Assembly: GCA_032718475.1 (NCBI GenBank)
Contig: JAUCBJ010006738.1
Coordinates: forward strand, 1 to 50,917
Direction: 5' to 3'
Origin: Nemertoderma westbladi
Taxonomy: Eukaryota > Animalia > Xenacoelomorpha
Length of the DNA: 50,917 nt
Positions 33,378-46,849 of this stretch are shown one piece after another (the first letter of the stretch is position 1; every line of letters begins with the position of its first letter). The notes under the pieces were generated by a model. The model made no database searches and was not told the origin of the DNA. It saw nothing but the letters and a program-made list of their open reading frames with translations. The position numbers were made by a program, and so were the translations under genes.

Positions 33378-34020
33378 GGGTGTCGTTAGATCCCGGGGTC
33401 TTTAGTTCCCGTTCCACAAAGGATTTAATCCCCGAGAAACTTTGTTCTCACGGGATGACGAATTGTTAGTTTCTTTTTCATTCCCGCGCTTTTCTATTTG
33501 TTATATTTATAAAAGCGCAACATTTACAGCCACTAGAGTCAATGGCGCGAAATGACCGCAAACACAAAATTAATTTTAGTTGGTTTTAAAAATTAGTTTA
33601 ATTTAATTAAAAACATCAAGGGAAAGGAGCAGGTTACAGTGGCGCAGTTTTCTAACCAAAACAATAAACTGTACATTATTTCACCTGCGATTAATGAGCG
33701 CCACTATCTGAGCCACTAACTAAAAAGTTTAATGAGCTGTTGTTGTTCATCTACTTTATTAGGATCGTGAAGATCCAGATTTTAGATCCCGGTATAATTA
33801 CCTGTGAACTTGTTCTAGAACATACCACTGAGAATGTATGTTAGTATTTCTGTGGTAATAACTAATAAATATGGTCTGATCACCAACAAAATATGTAGCT
33901 GCCTATTATTGAAATTATCTGACGAACTAAATTAAATTAAATTCGGGAACTAAAGACTTTTTAGGAATTATTTACGCGCAGAATCTAAAAACCCAATGGA
34001 TCTAGAGTCCCACGGACTTG
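33378..34020. mobile_element. MITE-like element (boundaries approximate)
   Basis: Perfect inverted pair GTCTTTAGTTCCCG (33398-33411) and CGGGAACTAAAGAC (33944-33957). Its internal block is shared with the 10061-10387 element. Confidence 0.45.
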
Positions 34021-36476
34021 TCTACCTCTAGAGATTAATCCATTAAATTAGTATAAATCTCAATGCTATTAGTGCTATATTTATATTTTTAGTTAGAAAT
34101 TCTAAAACCAGTTTGTAAGTTTATCAAGCTGTTACTTTTAGGCCGTTTTATTTATTTGTTTGAAATTGTATTAACTTGCGTTGGTGCAGATTATTATTTT
34201 TTAATTACAACGCTGAATAATTTGTTATATTGTATGATAATTGCCACTATTTTCCATGTGTTCCATAATATGTTGTGCTTATTGTTATTAGAGAGTTACC
34301 CCGTATAGATAATTTCGATTTTTAATGTAATATCTTCCAAATTTGTTAGGTGGGTGATTGTTGTTGACCAAATGCGCATATAACCCTCAATTCGCCATAA
34401 GGGGGCGTTCATAAAGTGTGTCGCGCAAATTGTCCCGATTTTTGACGCCCCCGATTTGTTTATTTTTATAACTCGACGGTTTGGTTTATAAACCTTTCAG
34501 TTCAATGGGATGATACTTCGTATATAATCTGTGAAACTTCTTGAATTATTATATTTTCATCTTCCTCTCCTAATTAATTGGTATGTCAATTAAAATTTGT
34601 TTATATAGTGTTTGTGCTGGTGGCATCATTAACCGTTACCATGTGAACTTATTAGGGATATCCTTATTATACATTAATTTATTTAAAATTATTATTATAA
34701 ATTAACATTACGTGGCGAAGGCTTTACTTTTAGTAATTAGGAAGGTAAGATATGATCCCTGGAGTAGATGAACTACGCCCGTCGTAGACGTTTAACGTTA
34801 AATTCTAATTACCGAGTGAATTATGCGAGGCCACGGCTCGTTACTCATCTCATATTGTGCGCGTGTCCCCTCGCTAATTACCAATTCATGGTATCTTGTA
34901 TCCCTGGGTTATAGAAGAGAGATGGAGGTGCGTGATGCACATCCAATCTCACATATTAATTGATACCCGCAATGATTGACATCCGTCATTTATTTATTAG
35001 TCTTATTGTCTCCTATTTAAAACCAGCAGTCACCACATTATAGCCTACAGTATTAACCACTCAGTCAGTCGGTCACTGTTACACTAACCCCATCCCATCC
35101 TTCGAAGGCCAGGGCGAGTGTGAATAAAACTCACGATTAATCGCCACCGTACGATCAATTCTCTTGTAATATTTCTACGATTCATTGTTGCAACGATTAT
35201 TCGTATGTTTGATATGAATAAAATTGCACGTTGTCAAGATTGATCGTAGAAATGTGACGATTAATAATCGTGAAAAGGTTAATCGGATTGTCTGGCTTTC
35301 CGTCATATATTGTGACGGTCAGATTCTAGGCAGAGATTCCACGATTTCTCTAGAATAAATGATATATCTCTACTCAAGCCGTTTTCAGATTTGAAATACT
35401 CATTAAATTATACTCCATTGGTAAAATAAATAAACAAATATCTGAAACTTTGACCCTAGGGTGGCCACCCCCTTAATGAAAAATTAAAGTAATTATTTAT
35501 AACAGAATATAAGGGAAAAATATGTTTAAGTTCTTTTAACTCCTGATTTTCGGGTATATTCGAGCAAAAAAGTAAAATAACCTACTACATGTTACTTTAT
35601 TACTTAATTAAAAATGATGTTAATTTTATGATAATTTTATGGTCCAACAGATGCGCAAAAAATCATACTGCCACTCCGACTTGAAAATATTTTACAGACT
35701 TTTTAGTACTAAAAAATGCAGGTTTTTCAATTATCCAAAAAAGTTGATTGTATTCTGGGGGATGTATTTTGACATCTACTGGGTGTATTTCAACAAGTTA
35801 TAGCTCATTTTGAAGCTAAATAATAGAGGAATGCAATGGAATAACTTACAAATTGTTTTATTGATATCATATTTAAATAAAACAATAGATAATATACCCC
35901 TATTTTTGAAAATTACTTGTCACAAACGGTAACACCTGAATTCACCAAAAGGGTTTTAATGGGATTCTATAGACAAAATTCTTATTTGAAAGGAAAATCT
36001 TCGGGAAGTTGAACATTCAAGATTTTACAAAAAAAATGCAAAACACAACCGGAGATATGGCTGGTTTTATACGTGCGAGTCGATTATATCAATTAGTATT
36101 GTCCCATGTGTAACGCCAAGTGCATTGCTTTACCATGCTCTAGAATCAGTTCTAACAAACGTGATATGAAGATTCTAATATCAGCTGTTAGCCCAGATAT
36201 TGGTCTTTTGCGTGAGTAATCATTTGTGGCAACAATTGACTGTGGAATAGACTTTAGTTGCTTTTATCATATTTATCATATCATATAATTTACATTTATC
36301 AGTATGAGCTTTGTCACACCTGTAACAAAAGCCTGTAACACAAAAAATCGTTACATTGCGGGACGACCCACATGTAACATGTAATCGAATAAATTTGGGC
36401 TACAGAGTAGGACATGTCTCACCTGTAACACTTCAGTAGAACCGCAATAGGACTATTAATTGTATTTCTATTTAAT

Positions 36477-37020
36477 GAAGTTGCTAAGGCTAAGAATAAG
36501 AAAATCCGTTGGATATATTTGGAGGCTGGTCACGGAAGGGCCCAGCGGATGGAGTTGGTGGAACGATTAAGAGGACATTATTGGCATGCACATTGATGGC
36601 GTTACCCCTAGCTTCAATGACATAATTGCCGTGCTGAAACCTCGTATTAAAACCAAGATATTTTCATACTCGACTACTGATGTGGAACTGGTAAAGGATA
36701 CCATACCAAGTAACATAGGCCCCCTCCAGGGAATTGGAAAGGCCCACGAGATTATATATAACCATGGTGGCGATATCTATATTATAAATATTTCTTGTAA
36801 GAATATTCTGCATCGAGCATGGCGTGGCAATCCATGTGTCTCAGGCGGAAGGTGTCATTGAAACTATTGAAGACGATGAATCAGATGGAATGCTGGATGT
36901 TGATGATATAAGGAATGGAAAAGTGAGAGATATCGGTGGATGTGGCGAGGCAGGGGATAGCGGTAAAAGTGCAAGGGGAGGTGTTAGAGGTGGGCGGGCA
37001 GAATGTTACTGGATCAGTTA
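36477..37020 (+). pseudogene. Frameshifted DDE transposase remnant, Sola2-like
   Basis: Correcting a 1 nt deletion near 36537 gives KKIRWIYLEAGHG(K)GPADGVGGTIKRTL, a HGKG..DG.GG..KR motif. Downstream are LQGIGKAHEI and an acidic/Gly-rich tail. TGTAACA motifs at 36100-36430 face TGTTACA motifs at 47120-47260. Confidence 0.6.
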
Positions 37021-37165
37021 GAGGTGGGAGGGAAAAAGATAGAGGTGCAAGGGGAACAGTTGGAGGTCAGAGGGGAAAAGGTAGAGGTGCAAGGGGAACA
37101 GTTGGAGGTCAGAGGGGAAAAGGTAGAGGTGCGAGGTGAGTAGTTCGGCGTGCGGGAGGAGAAAC

Positions 37166-40100
37166 GAGTGGAGACGGAGTGGAAAGCTCAGGAGGATCTG
37201 TGGAGGGTGGGAAAGATGGAGTGGGAAGTACAAGAGGATCTGTAGAGGGTGTGGGAGACGGAGTGGGAAATACAGGAGGATCTGTAGAGGTGTGAGAGAC
37301 GGAGTGGGAAGTACAGGAGGATCTGTGGAGGGTGTGGGAGACAGGGTGAGAAGTAGAAAAGGATCTGCAGAGGGTGTGGGAGACGGAGTGGGAAGTACAG
37401 AAGGATCTGTGGAGGGTGGGAAAGACGGAGTGGGAAGTACAGGGGGATCTGTGGAGGGTGTGGGAGACGGAGTGGGAAGTACAGGAGGATCTGTGGAGGG
37501 TGTGGGAGACGGAGTAGGAAGTACAGAAGGATCTGTGGAGGTGTGGGAGACGGAGTAGGAAGTACAGAAGGATCTGTGGAGGGTGGGAAAGACGGAGTGG
37601 GAAGTACAGGGGGATCTGTGGAGGGTGTGGGAGACGGAGTGGGAAGTACAGGAGGATCTGTGGAGGGTGTGGGAGACGGAATGGGAAGTACAGAATGATC
37701 TGTGGAAGGTGTGGGAGACGGAGTAGGAAGTACAGAAGGATCTGTGGAGGGTGGGAAAGACGGAGTGGGAAGTACAGGGGGATCTGTGGAGGGTGTGGGA
37801 GACGGAGTGGGAAGTACAGGAGGATCTGTGGAGGGTGTGGGAGACGGAATGGGAAGTACAGAATGATCTGTGGAAGGTGTGGGAGACGGAGTAGGAAGTA
37901 CAGAAGGATCTGTGGAGGGTGGAAAAGACGGAGTGGGAAGTACAGGGGGATCTGTGGAGGGTGTGGGAGACGGAATGGGAAGTACAGAATGATCTGTGGA
38001 AGGTGTGGGAGACGGAGTAGGAAGTACAGAAGGATCTGTGGAGGGTGGGAAAGACGGAGTGGGAAGTACAGGGGGATCTGTGGAGGGTGTGGGAGACGGA
38101 GTGGGAAGTACAGGAGGATCTGTGGAGGGTGTGGGAGACGGAATGGGAAGTACAGAATGATCTGTGGAAGGTGTGGGAGACGGAGTAGGAAGTACAGAAG
38201 GATCTGTGGAGGGTGGGAAAGACGGAGTGGGAAGTACAGGGGGATCTGTGGAGGGTGTGGGAGACGGAATGGGAAGTACAGAATGATCTGTGGAAGGTGT
38301 GGGAGACGGAGTAGGAAGTACAGAAGGATCTGTGGAGGGTGGGAAAGACGGAGTGGGAAGTACAGGGGGATCTGTGGAGGGTGTGGGAGACGGAGTGGGA
38401 AGTACAGGAGGATCTGTGGAGGGTGTGGGAGACGGAGTAGGAAGTACAGAAGGATCTGTGGAGGTGTGGGAGACGGAGTGGGAAGTACAGGGGGATCTGT
38501 GGAGGGTGTGGCAGACGGAGTGGGAAATACAGGAAGGTCTGTGGAGGGTGTGAGAGACGGAGTGGGAAGTACAGAAGGATCTGTGGAGGTGTGGGAGACG
38601 GAGTGGGAAGTACAGGGGGATCTGTGGAGGGTGTGGCAGACGGAGTGGGAAATACAGGAAGGTCTGTGGAGGGTGTGAGAGACGGAGTGGGAAGTACAGA
38701 AGGATCTGTGGAGGGTGGGAAAGACGGAGTGGGAAGTACAGGGGGATCTGTGGAGGGTGTGGGAGACGGAGTGGGAAGTACAGGAGGATCTGTGGAGGGT
38801 GTGGGAGACGGAGTAGGAAGTACAGAAGGATCTGTGGAGGTGTGGGAGACGGAGTGGGAAGTACAGGGGGATCTGTGGAGGGTGTGGCAGACGGAGTGGG
38901 AAATACAGGAAGGTCTGTGGAGGGTGTGAGAGACGGAGTGGGAAGTACAGAAGGATCTGTGGAGGGTGGGAAAGATGGAGTGGGAAGTATGGGAGGATCT
39001 GTGGAGGGTGGGAAAGATGGAGTGGGAAGTATGGGAGGATCTGTGGAGGGTGGGAAAGACGGAGTGGGAAGGAAGTACAGGAGGATCTGTGGAGGGTGTG
39101 GGAGACGTAGTGGGAAGGAAGTACAGGAGGATCTGTGGAGGGTGTGGCAGACGGAGTGGGAAATACAAGAGGATCTGTGGAGGGTGTGGGAGACGGAGTG
39201 GGAAGTACAAGAGGATCTGTGGAGGGTGTGGGAGACGGAGTAGGAAGTACAGGAGGATCTGTAGAGGTGTGAGAGACGGAGTGGGAAGTACAGGAGGATC
39301 TGCGGAGGGTGTGGGAGACGGAGTGGGAAGTACAGGAGGATCTGTGGAGGGTGTGGGAGACGGAGTGGGAAGTACAGGAGGATCTGTGGAGGGTGTGGGA
39401 GGCGGAGTGGAAAGTACAGGAGGATCTGTGGACGGAGAGGGAGACGGAGAGGGAGACGGAGTGGGAAGTACAGGATGATCTGTGGAGGGTGTGGGAGACG
39501 GAATGGGAAGTACAGAATGATCTGTGGAAGGTGTGGGAGACGGAGTAGGAAGTACAGAAGGATCTGTGGAGGGTGGGAAAGATGGAGTGGGAAGTACAGG
39601 AGGATCTGCGGAGGGTGTGGGAGACGGAGTGGGAAGTACAGGATGATCTGTGGAGGGTGTGGGAGACGGAATGGGAAGTACAGAATGATCTGTGGAAGGT
39701 GTGGGAGACGGAGTAGGAAGTACAGAAGGATCTGTGGAGGGTGGGAAAGATGGAGTGGGAAGTACAGGAGGATCTGTAGAGGTGTGAGAGACGGAGTGGG
39801 AAGTACAGGAGGATCTGTAGAGGGTGTGGGAGACGGAGTGGGAAGTACAAGAGGATCTGTGGAGGGTGTGGGAGACGGAGTAGGAAGTACAGGAGGATCT
39901 GTGGAGGTGTGGGAGACGGAGTGGGAAGTACAGGAGGATCTGTGGACGGTGTGGAAGATGGAGTGGGAAGTATGGGAGGATCTGTGGAGGGTGGGAAAGA
40001 TGGAGTGGGAAGTATGGGAGGATCTGTGGAGGGTGGGAAAGATGGAGTGGGAAGTATGGGAGGATCTGTGGAGGGTGGGAAAGACGGAGTGGGAAATACA

Positions 40101-43100
40101 GGAGGATCTGTGGAGGGTGTGGGAGACGGAGTGGGAAGTACAGAAGGATCTGTGGACGGTGTGGAAGACGGAGTGGGAAGTACGGGAGGATCTGTGGACG
40201 GTGTGGGAGACGGAGTGGGAAGTACGGGAGGATCTGTGGAGGGTGTGGGAGACGGAGTGGGAAGTACAGGAGGATCTGTGGAGGGTGTGGGAGACGGAGT
40301 GGGAAGTACAGGAGGATCTGTGGAGGGTGTGGGAGACGGAGTGGGAAGTACAGGAGGATCAGTTGAGGATGTGAGAGACGGAGTGGAAAGCTTAGGAGGA
40401 TCTGTGGAGGGTGGGAAAGATGGAGTGGGAAGTACAGGAGGATCTGCGGAGGGTGTGGGAGACGGAGTGGGAAGTACAGAAGGATCTGTGGACGGTGTGG
40501 AAGATGGAGTGGGAAGTATGGGAGGATCTGTGGAGGGTGGGAAAGATGGAGTGGGAAGTATGGGAGGATCTGTGGAGGGTGTGGGAGACGGAGTGGGAAA
40601 TACAGGAGGATCTGTAGAGGTGTGGGAGACGGAGTGGGAAGTACAGGAGGATCTGTGGAGGTGTGGGAGACGGAGTGGGAAGTACAGGAGGATCTGTGGA
40701 GGGTGTGGGAGACGGAGTGGGAAGTACAGGAGGATCTGTGGAGGTGTGAGAGACGGAGTGGGAAGTACAGGAGGATCTGCGGAGGGTGTGGGAGACGGAG
40801 TGGGAAGTACAGGGGGATCTGTGGAGGGTGTGGGAGACGGAGTGGGAGGTACAGGGGGATCTGTAGGAGGGTGTGGGAGACGGAGTGGGAAGTACAGGAG
40901 GATCTGTGGAGGGTGTGGGAGACGGAGTGGGAAGTACAGGGGGATCTGTGGAGGGTGTGGGAGACGGAGTGGGAGGTACAGGAGGATCTGTGGAGGTGTG
41001 GGAGACGGAGTGGGAAGTACAGGAGGATCTGTAGGAGGGTGTGGGAGACGGAGTGGGAAGTACAGGAGGATCTGTGGAGGGTGTGGGAGACGGAGTGGGA
41101 AGTACAGGGGGATCTGTGGAGGGTGTGGGAGACGGAGTGGGAAGTACAGGAGGATCTGTGGAGGTGTGGGAGACGGAGTGGGAAGTACAGGAGGATCTGC
41201 AGAGGTGTGGGAGACGGAGTGGGAAGTACAGGAGGATCTGTGGAGGTGTGGGAGACGGAGTGGAAGTACAGGAGGATCTGTGGAGGGTGTGGGAGACGGA
41301 GTGGGAAGTACAGGAGGATCTGTGGAGGGTGTGGGAGACGGAGTGGGAAGTACAGGAGGATCTGTAGGAGGGTGTGGGAGACGGAGTGGGAAGTACAGGA
41401 GGATCTGTGGAGGTGTGGGAGACGGAGTGGGAAGTACAGGAGGATCTGTGGAGGGTGTGGGAGACGGAGTGGGAAGTACAGGAGGATATGTGGAGGTGTG
41501 GGAGACGGAGTGGAAGTACAGGAGGATCTGTGGAGGGTGTGGGAGACGGAGTGGGAAGTACAGGAGGATCTGTGGAGGGTGTGGGAGACGGAGTGGGAAG
41601 TACAGGAGGATCAGTTGAGGATGTGAGAGACGGAGTGGAAAGCTTAGGAGGATCTGTGGAGGGTGGGAAAGATGGAGTGGGAAGTACAGGAGGATATGTG
41701 GAGGTGTGGGAGACGGAGTAGGAAGTACAGAAGGATCTGTGGAGGGTGTGGGAGACGGAGTGGGAAGTACAGGAGGATCTGTGGAGGGTGTGGGAGACGG
41801 AGTGGGAAGTACAGGGGGATCTGTGGAGGGTGTGGGAGACGGAGTGGGAGGTACAGAAGGTTCTGTGGAGGTGTGAGAGACGGAGTGGGAAGTACAAAAG
41901 GATCTGCAGAGGGTGTGGGAGACGGAGTGGGAAATATGGGGGGATCTGTGGAGGGTGTGGGAGACGGAGTGGAGGTATGGGGGGATCTGTAGTGTGGAGG
42001 GTGTGGGAGACGGAGAGGGAAGTACGGGAGGATCTATGGAGGGTGTGGGAGACGGAGTGGGAAGTACAGGAGGATCTGTAGAGGTGTGGGAGACGGAGTG
42101 GGAAGTACAGGAGGATCTGTGGAGGGTGTGGGAGACGGAGTGGGAAGTACAGGAGGATATGTGGAGGTGTGGGAGACGGAGTGGGAAGTACAGAAGGATC
42201 TGTGGAGGGTGTGGGAGACGGAGTGGGAAGTACAGGAGGATCTGTGGAGGTGTGGGAGACGGAGTGGAAGTACAGGGGGATCTGTGGAGGGTGTGGGAGA
42301 CGGAGTGGGAAGTACAGGAGGATCTGTGGAGGGTGTGGGAGACGGAGTGGGAAGTACAGGAGGATCTGTGGAGGGTGTGGGAGACGGAGTGGGAAGTACA
42401 GGAGGATCTGTGGAGGTGTGGGAGACGGAGTGGAGGTATGGGGGGATCTGTAGTGTGGAGGGTGTGGGAGACGGAGTGGGAAGTACAGGAGGATCTGTGG
42501 AGGTGTGGGAGACGGAGTGGGAAGTACAGGAGGATCTGTGGAGGTGTGGGAGACGGAGTGGGAAGTACAGGAGGATCTGCGGAGGGTGTGGGAGACGGAG
42601 TGGGAAGTACAGGAGGATCTGTGGAGGTGTGGGAGACGGAGTGGGAAGTACAGGAGGATCTGTGGAGGGTGTGGGAGACGGAGTGGGAAGTACAGGAGGA
42701 TCTGTGGAGGGTGTGGGAGACGGAGTGGGAAGTACAGGAGGATCTGTGGAGGGTGTGAGAGACGGAGTGGGAAGTACAGGAGGATCTGTGGAGGGTGTGG
42801 GAGACGGAGTGGGAAGTACAGGAGGATCTGTGGAGGGTGTGGGAGACGGAGTGGGAAGTACAGGAGGATCTGTGGAGGGTGTGGGAGACGGAGTGGGAAG
42901 TACAGGAGGATCTGCGGAGGGTGTGGGAGACGGAGTGGGAAGTACAGGAGGATCTGTGGAGGTGTGGGAGACGGAGTGGGAAGTACAGGAGGATCTGCGG
43001 AGGGTGTGGGAGACGGAGTGGGAAGTACAAGAGGATCTGTGGAGGGTGTGGGAGACGGAGTGGGAAGTACAGGAGGATCTGCGGAGGGTGTGGGAGACGG

Positions 43101-46100
43101 AGTGGGAAGTACAGGAGGATCTGTGGAGGTGTGGGAGACGGAGTGGGAAGTACAGGAGGATCTGTGGAGGGTGTGGGAGACGGAGTGGGAAGTACAGGAG
43201 GATCTGCGGAGGGTGTGGGAGACGGAGTGGGAAGTACAAGAGGATCTGTGGAGGGTGTGGGAGACGGAGTGGGAAGTACAAGAGGATCTGCGGAGGGTGT
43301 GGGAGACGGAGTGGGAAGTACAGGAGGATCTGTGGAGGTGTGGGAGACGGAGTGGAAGTACGAGGATCTGTGGAGGTGTGGGAGACGGAGTGGGAAGTAC
43401 AGGAGGATCTGCGGAGGGTGTGGGAGACGGAGTGGGAAGTACAGGAGGATCTGTGGAGGTGTGAGAGACGGAGTGGGAAGTACAGGAGGATCTGTGGAGG
43501 GTGTGGGAGACGGAGTGGGAAGTACAGGAGGATCTGTGGAGGTGTGGGAGACGGAGTGGGAAGTACAGGAGGATCTGTGGAGGGTGTGGGAGACGGAGTG
43601 GGAAGTACAGGAGGATCTGCGGAGGGTGTGGGAGACGGAGTGGGAAGTACAGGAGGATCTGTGGAGGTGTGGGAGACGGAGTGGGAAGTACAGGAGGATC
43701 TGCGGAGGGTGTGGGAGACGGAGTGGGAAGTACAGGAGGATCTGTGGAGGGTGTGGGAGACGGAGTGGGAAGTACAGGAGGATCTGTGGAGGTGTGGGAG
43801 ACGGAGTGGGAAGTACAGGAGGATCTGCGGAGGGTGTGGGAGACGGAGTGGGAAGTACAGGAGGATCTGTGGAGGTGTGGGAGACGGAGTGGGAAGTACA
43901 GGAGGATCTGTGGAGGGTGTGGGAGACGGAGTGGGAAGTACAGGAGGATCTGCGGAGGGTGTGGGAGACGGAGTGGGAAGTACAGGAGGATCTGTGGAGG
44001 TGTGGGAGACGGAGTGGGAAGTACAGGAGGATCTGTGGAGGGTGTGGGAGACGGAGTGGGAAGTACAGGAGGATCTGTGGAGGTGTGGGAGACGGAGTGG
44101 GAAGTACAGGAGGATCTGCGGAGGGTGTGGGAGACGGAGTGGGAAGTACAGGAGGATCTGTGGAGGGTGTGGGAGACGGAGTGGGAAGTACAGGAGGATC
44201 TGTGGAGGTGTGGGAGACGGAGTGGGAAGTACAGGAGGATCTGCGGAGGGTGTGGGAGACGGAGTGGGAAGTACAGGAGGATCTGTGGAGGTGTGGGAGA
44301 CGGAGTGGGAAGTACAGGAGGATCTGTGGAGGGTGTGGGAGACGGAGTGGGAAGTACAGGAGGATCTGTGGAGGGTGTGGGAGACGGAGTGGGAAGTACA
44401 GGAGGATCTGTGGAGGTGTGGGAGACGGAGTGGGAAGTACAGGAGGATCTGTGGAGGTGTGGGAGACGGAGTGGGAAGTACAGGAGGATCTGTGGAGGTG
44501 TGGGAGACGGAGTGGGAAGTACAGGAGGATCTGCGGAGGGTGTGGGAGACGGAGTGGGAAGTACAGGAGGATCTGTGGAGGTGTGGGAGACGGAGTGGGA
44601 AGTACAGGAGGATCTGTGGAGGTGTGGGAGACGGAGTGGGAAGTACAGGAGGATCTGCGGAGGGTGTGGGAGACGGAGTGGGAAGTACAGGAGGATCTGT
44701 GGAGGTGTGGGAGACGGAGTGGGAAGTACAGGAGGATCTGTGGAGGTGTGGGAGACGGAGTGGGAAGTACAGGAGGATCTGTGGAGGTGTGAGAGACGGA
44801 GTGGGAAGTACAGGAGGATCTGTGGAGGTGTGAGAGACGGAGTGGGAAGTACAGGAGGATCTGCGGAGGTGTGGGAGACGGAGTGGGAAGTACAGGAGGA
44901 TCTGTGGAGGTGTGGGAGACGGAGTGGGAAGTACAGGAGGATCTGTGGAGGGTGTGGGAGACGGAGTGGGAAGTACAGGAGGATCTGTGGAGGTGTGGGA
45001 GACGGAGTGGGAAGTACAGGAGGATCTGTGGAGGGTGTGGGAGACGGAGTGGGAAGTACAGGAGGATCTGTGGAGGGTGTGGGAGACGGAGTGGGAAGTA
45101 CAGGAGGATCTGTGGAGGGTGTGGGAGACGGAGTGGGAAGTACAAGAGGATCTGTGGAGGGTGTGGGAGACGGAGTGGGAAGTACAGGAGGATCTGTGGA
45201 GGTGTGGGAGACGGAGTGGGAAGTACAGGAGGATCTGTGGAGGTGTGGGAGACGGAGTGGGAAGTACAGGAGGATCTGTGGAGGTGTGGGAGACGGAGTG
45301 GGAAGTACAGGAGGATCTGTGGAGGTGTGGGAGACGGAGTGGGAAGTACAGGAGGATCTGTGGAGGGTGTGGGAGACGGAGTGGGAAGTACAGGAGGATC
45401 TGCGGAGGTGTGGGAGACGGAGTGGGAAGTACAGGAGGATCTGTGGAGGGTGTGGGAGACGGAGTGGGAAGTACAGGAGGATCTGTGGAGGTGTGAGAGA
45501 CGGAGTGGGAAGTACAGGAGGATCTGTGGAGGGTGTGGGAGACGGAGTGGGAAGTACAGGAGGATCTGCGGAGGGTGTGGGAGACGGAGTGGGAAGTACA
45601 GGAGGATCTGTGGAGGTGTGGGAGACGGAGTGGGAAGTACAGGAGGATCTGTGGAGGTGTGGGAGACGGAGTGGGAAGTACAGGAGGATCTGTGGAGGGT
45701 GTGGGAGACGGAGTGGGAAGTACAGGAGGATCTGTGGAGGTGTGGGAGACGGAGTGGGAAGTACAGGAGGATCTGTGGAGGGTGTGGGAGACGGAGTGGG
45801 AAGTACAGGAGGATCTGTGGAGGTGTGGGAGACGGAGTGGGAAGTACAGGAGGATCTGTGGAGGTGTGGGAGACGGAGTGGGAAGTACAGGAGGATCTGT
45901 GGAGGTGTGGGAGACGGAGTGGGAAGTACAGGAGGATCTGTAGAGGGTGTGGGAGACGGAGTGGGAAGTACAGGAGGATCTGTGGAGGTGTGGGAGACGG
46001 AGTGGGAAGTACAGGAGGATCTGTGGAGGTGTGGGAGACGGAGTGGGAAGTACAGGAGGATCTGTGGAGGGTGTGGGAGACGGAGTGGGAAGTACAGGAG

Positions 46101-46849
46101 GATCTGTGGAGGTGTGGGAGACGGAGTGGGAAGTACAGGAGGATCTGTGGAGGGTGTGGGAGACGGAGTGGGAAGTACACGAGGATCTGTGGAGGTGTGG
46201 GAGACGGAGTGGGAAGTACAGGAGGATCTGTGGAGGGTGTGGGAGACGGAGTGGGAAGTACAGGAGGATCTGTAGGAGGGTGTGGGAGACGGAGTGGGAA
46301 GTACAGGAGGATCTGTGGAGGGTGTGGGAGACGGAGTGGGAAGTACAGGAGGATCTGTGGAGGGTGTGGGAGACGGAGTGGGAAGTACAGGAGGATCTGT
46401 GGAGGGTGTGGGAGACGGAGTGGGAAGTACAGGAGGATCTGTGGAGGGTGTGGGAGACGGAGTGGGAAGTACAGGAGGATCTGTGGAGGGTGTGGGAGAC
46501 GGAGTGGGAAGTACAGGAGGATCTGTGGAGGGTGTGGGAGACGGAGTGGGAAGTACAGGAGGATCTGTGGAGGGTGTGGGAGACGGAGTGGGAAGTACAG
46601 GAGGATCTGTAGGAGGGTGTGGGAGACGGAGTGGGAAGTACAGGAGGATCTGTGGAGGTGTGGGAGACGGAGTGGGAAGTACAGGAGGATCTGTGGAGGT
46701 GTGGGAGACGGAGTGGGAAGTACAGGAGGATCTGTGGAGGTTGGGGGGATCGTAGAGTGGAGGGTGTGGGAGACGGAGTGGGAAGTACAGGAGGATCTGT
46801 GGAGGTGTGGGAGACGGAGTGGGAAGTACAGGAGGATCTGTGGAGGGTG
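37166..46849. repeat. ~9.7 kb tandem satellite with a 42/41 bp G-rich unit (roughly 230 copies)
   Basis: Consensus GGAGGGTGTGGGAGACGGAGTGGGAAGTACAGGAGGATCTGT. The 41 bp variant lacks one G. Copy number is estimated as array length divided by unit length. Confidence 0.99.

Noticed and set aside
37166-46849. CRISPR-like regular array
   Set aside because: Head-to-tail units with no unique spacers, no cas genes, and a eukaryotic context.
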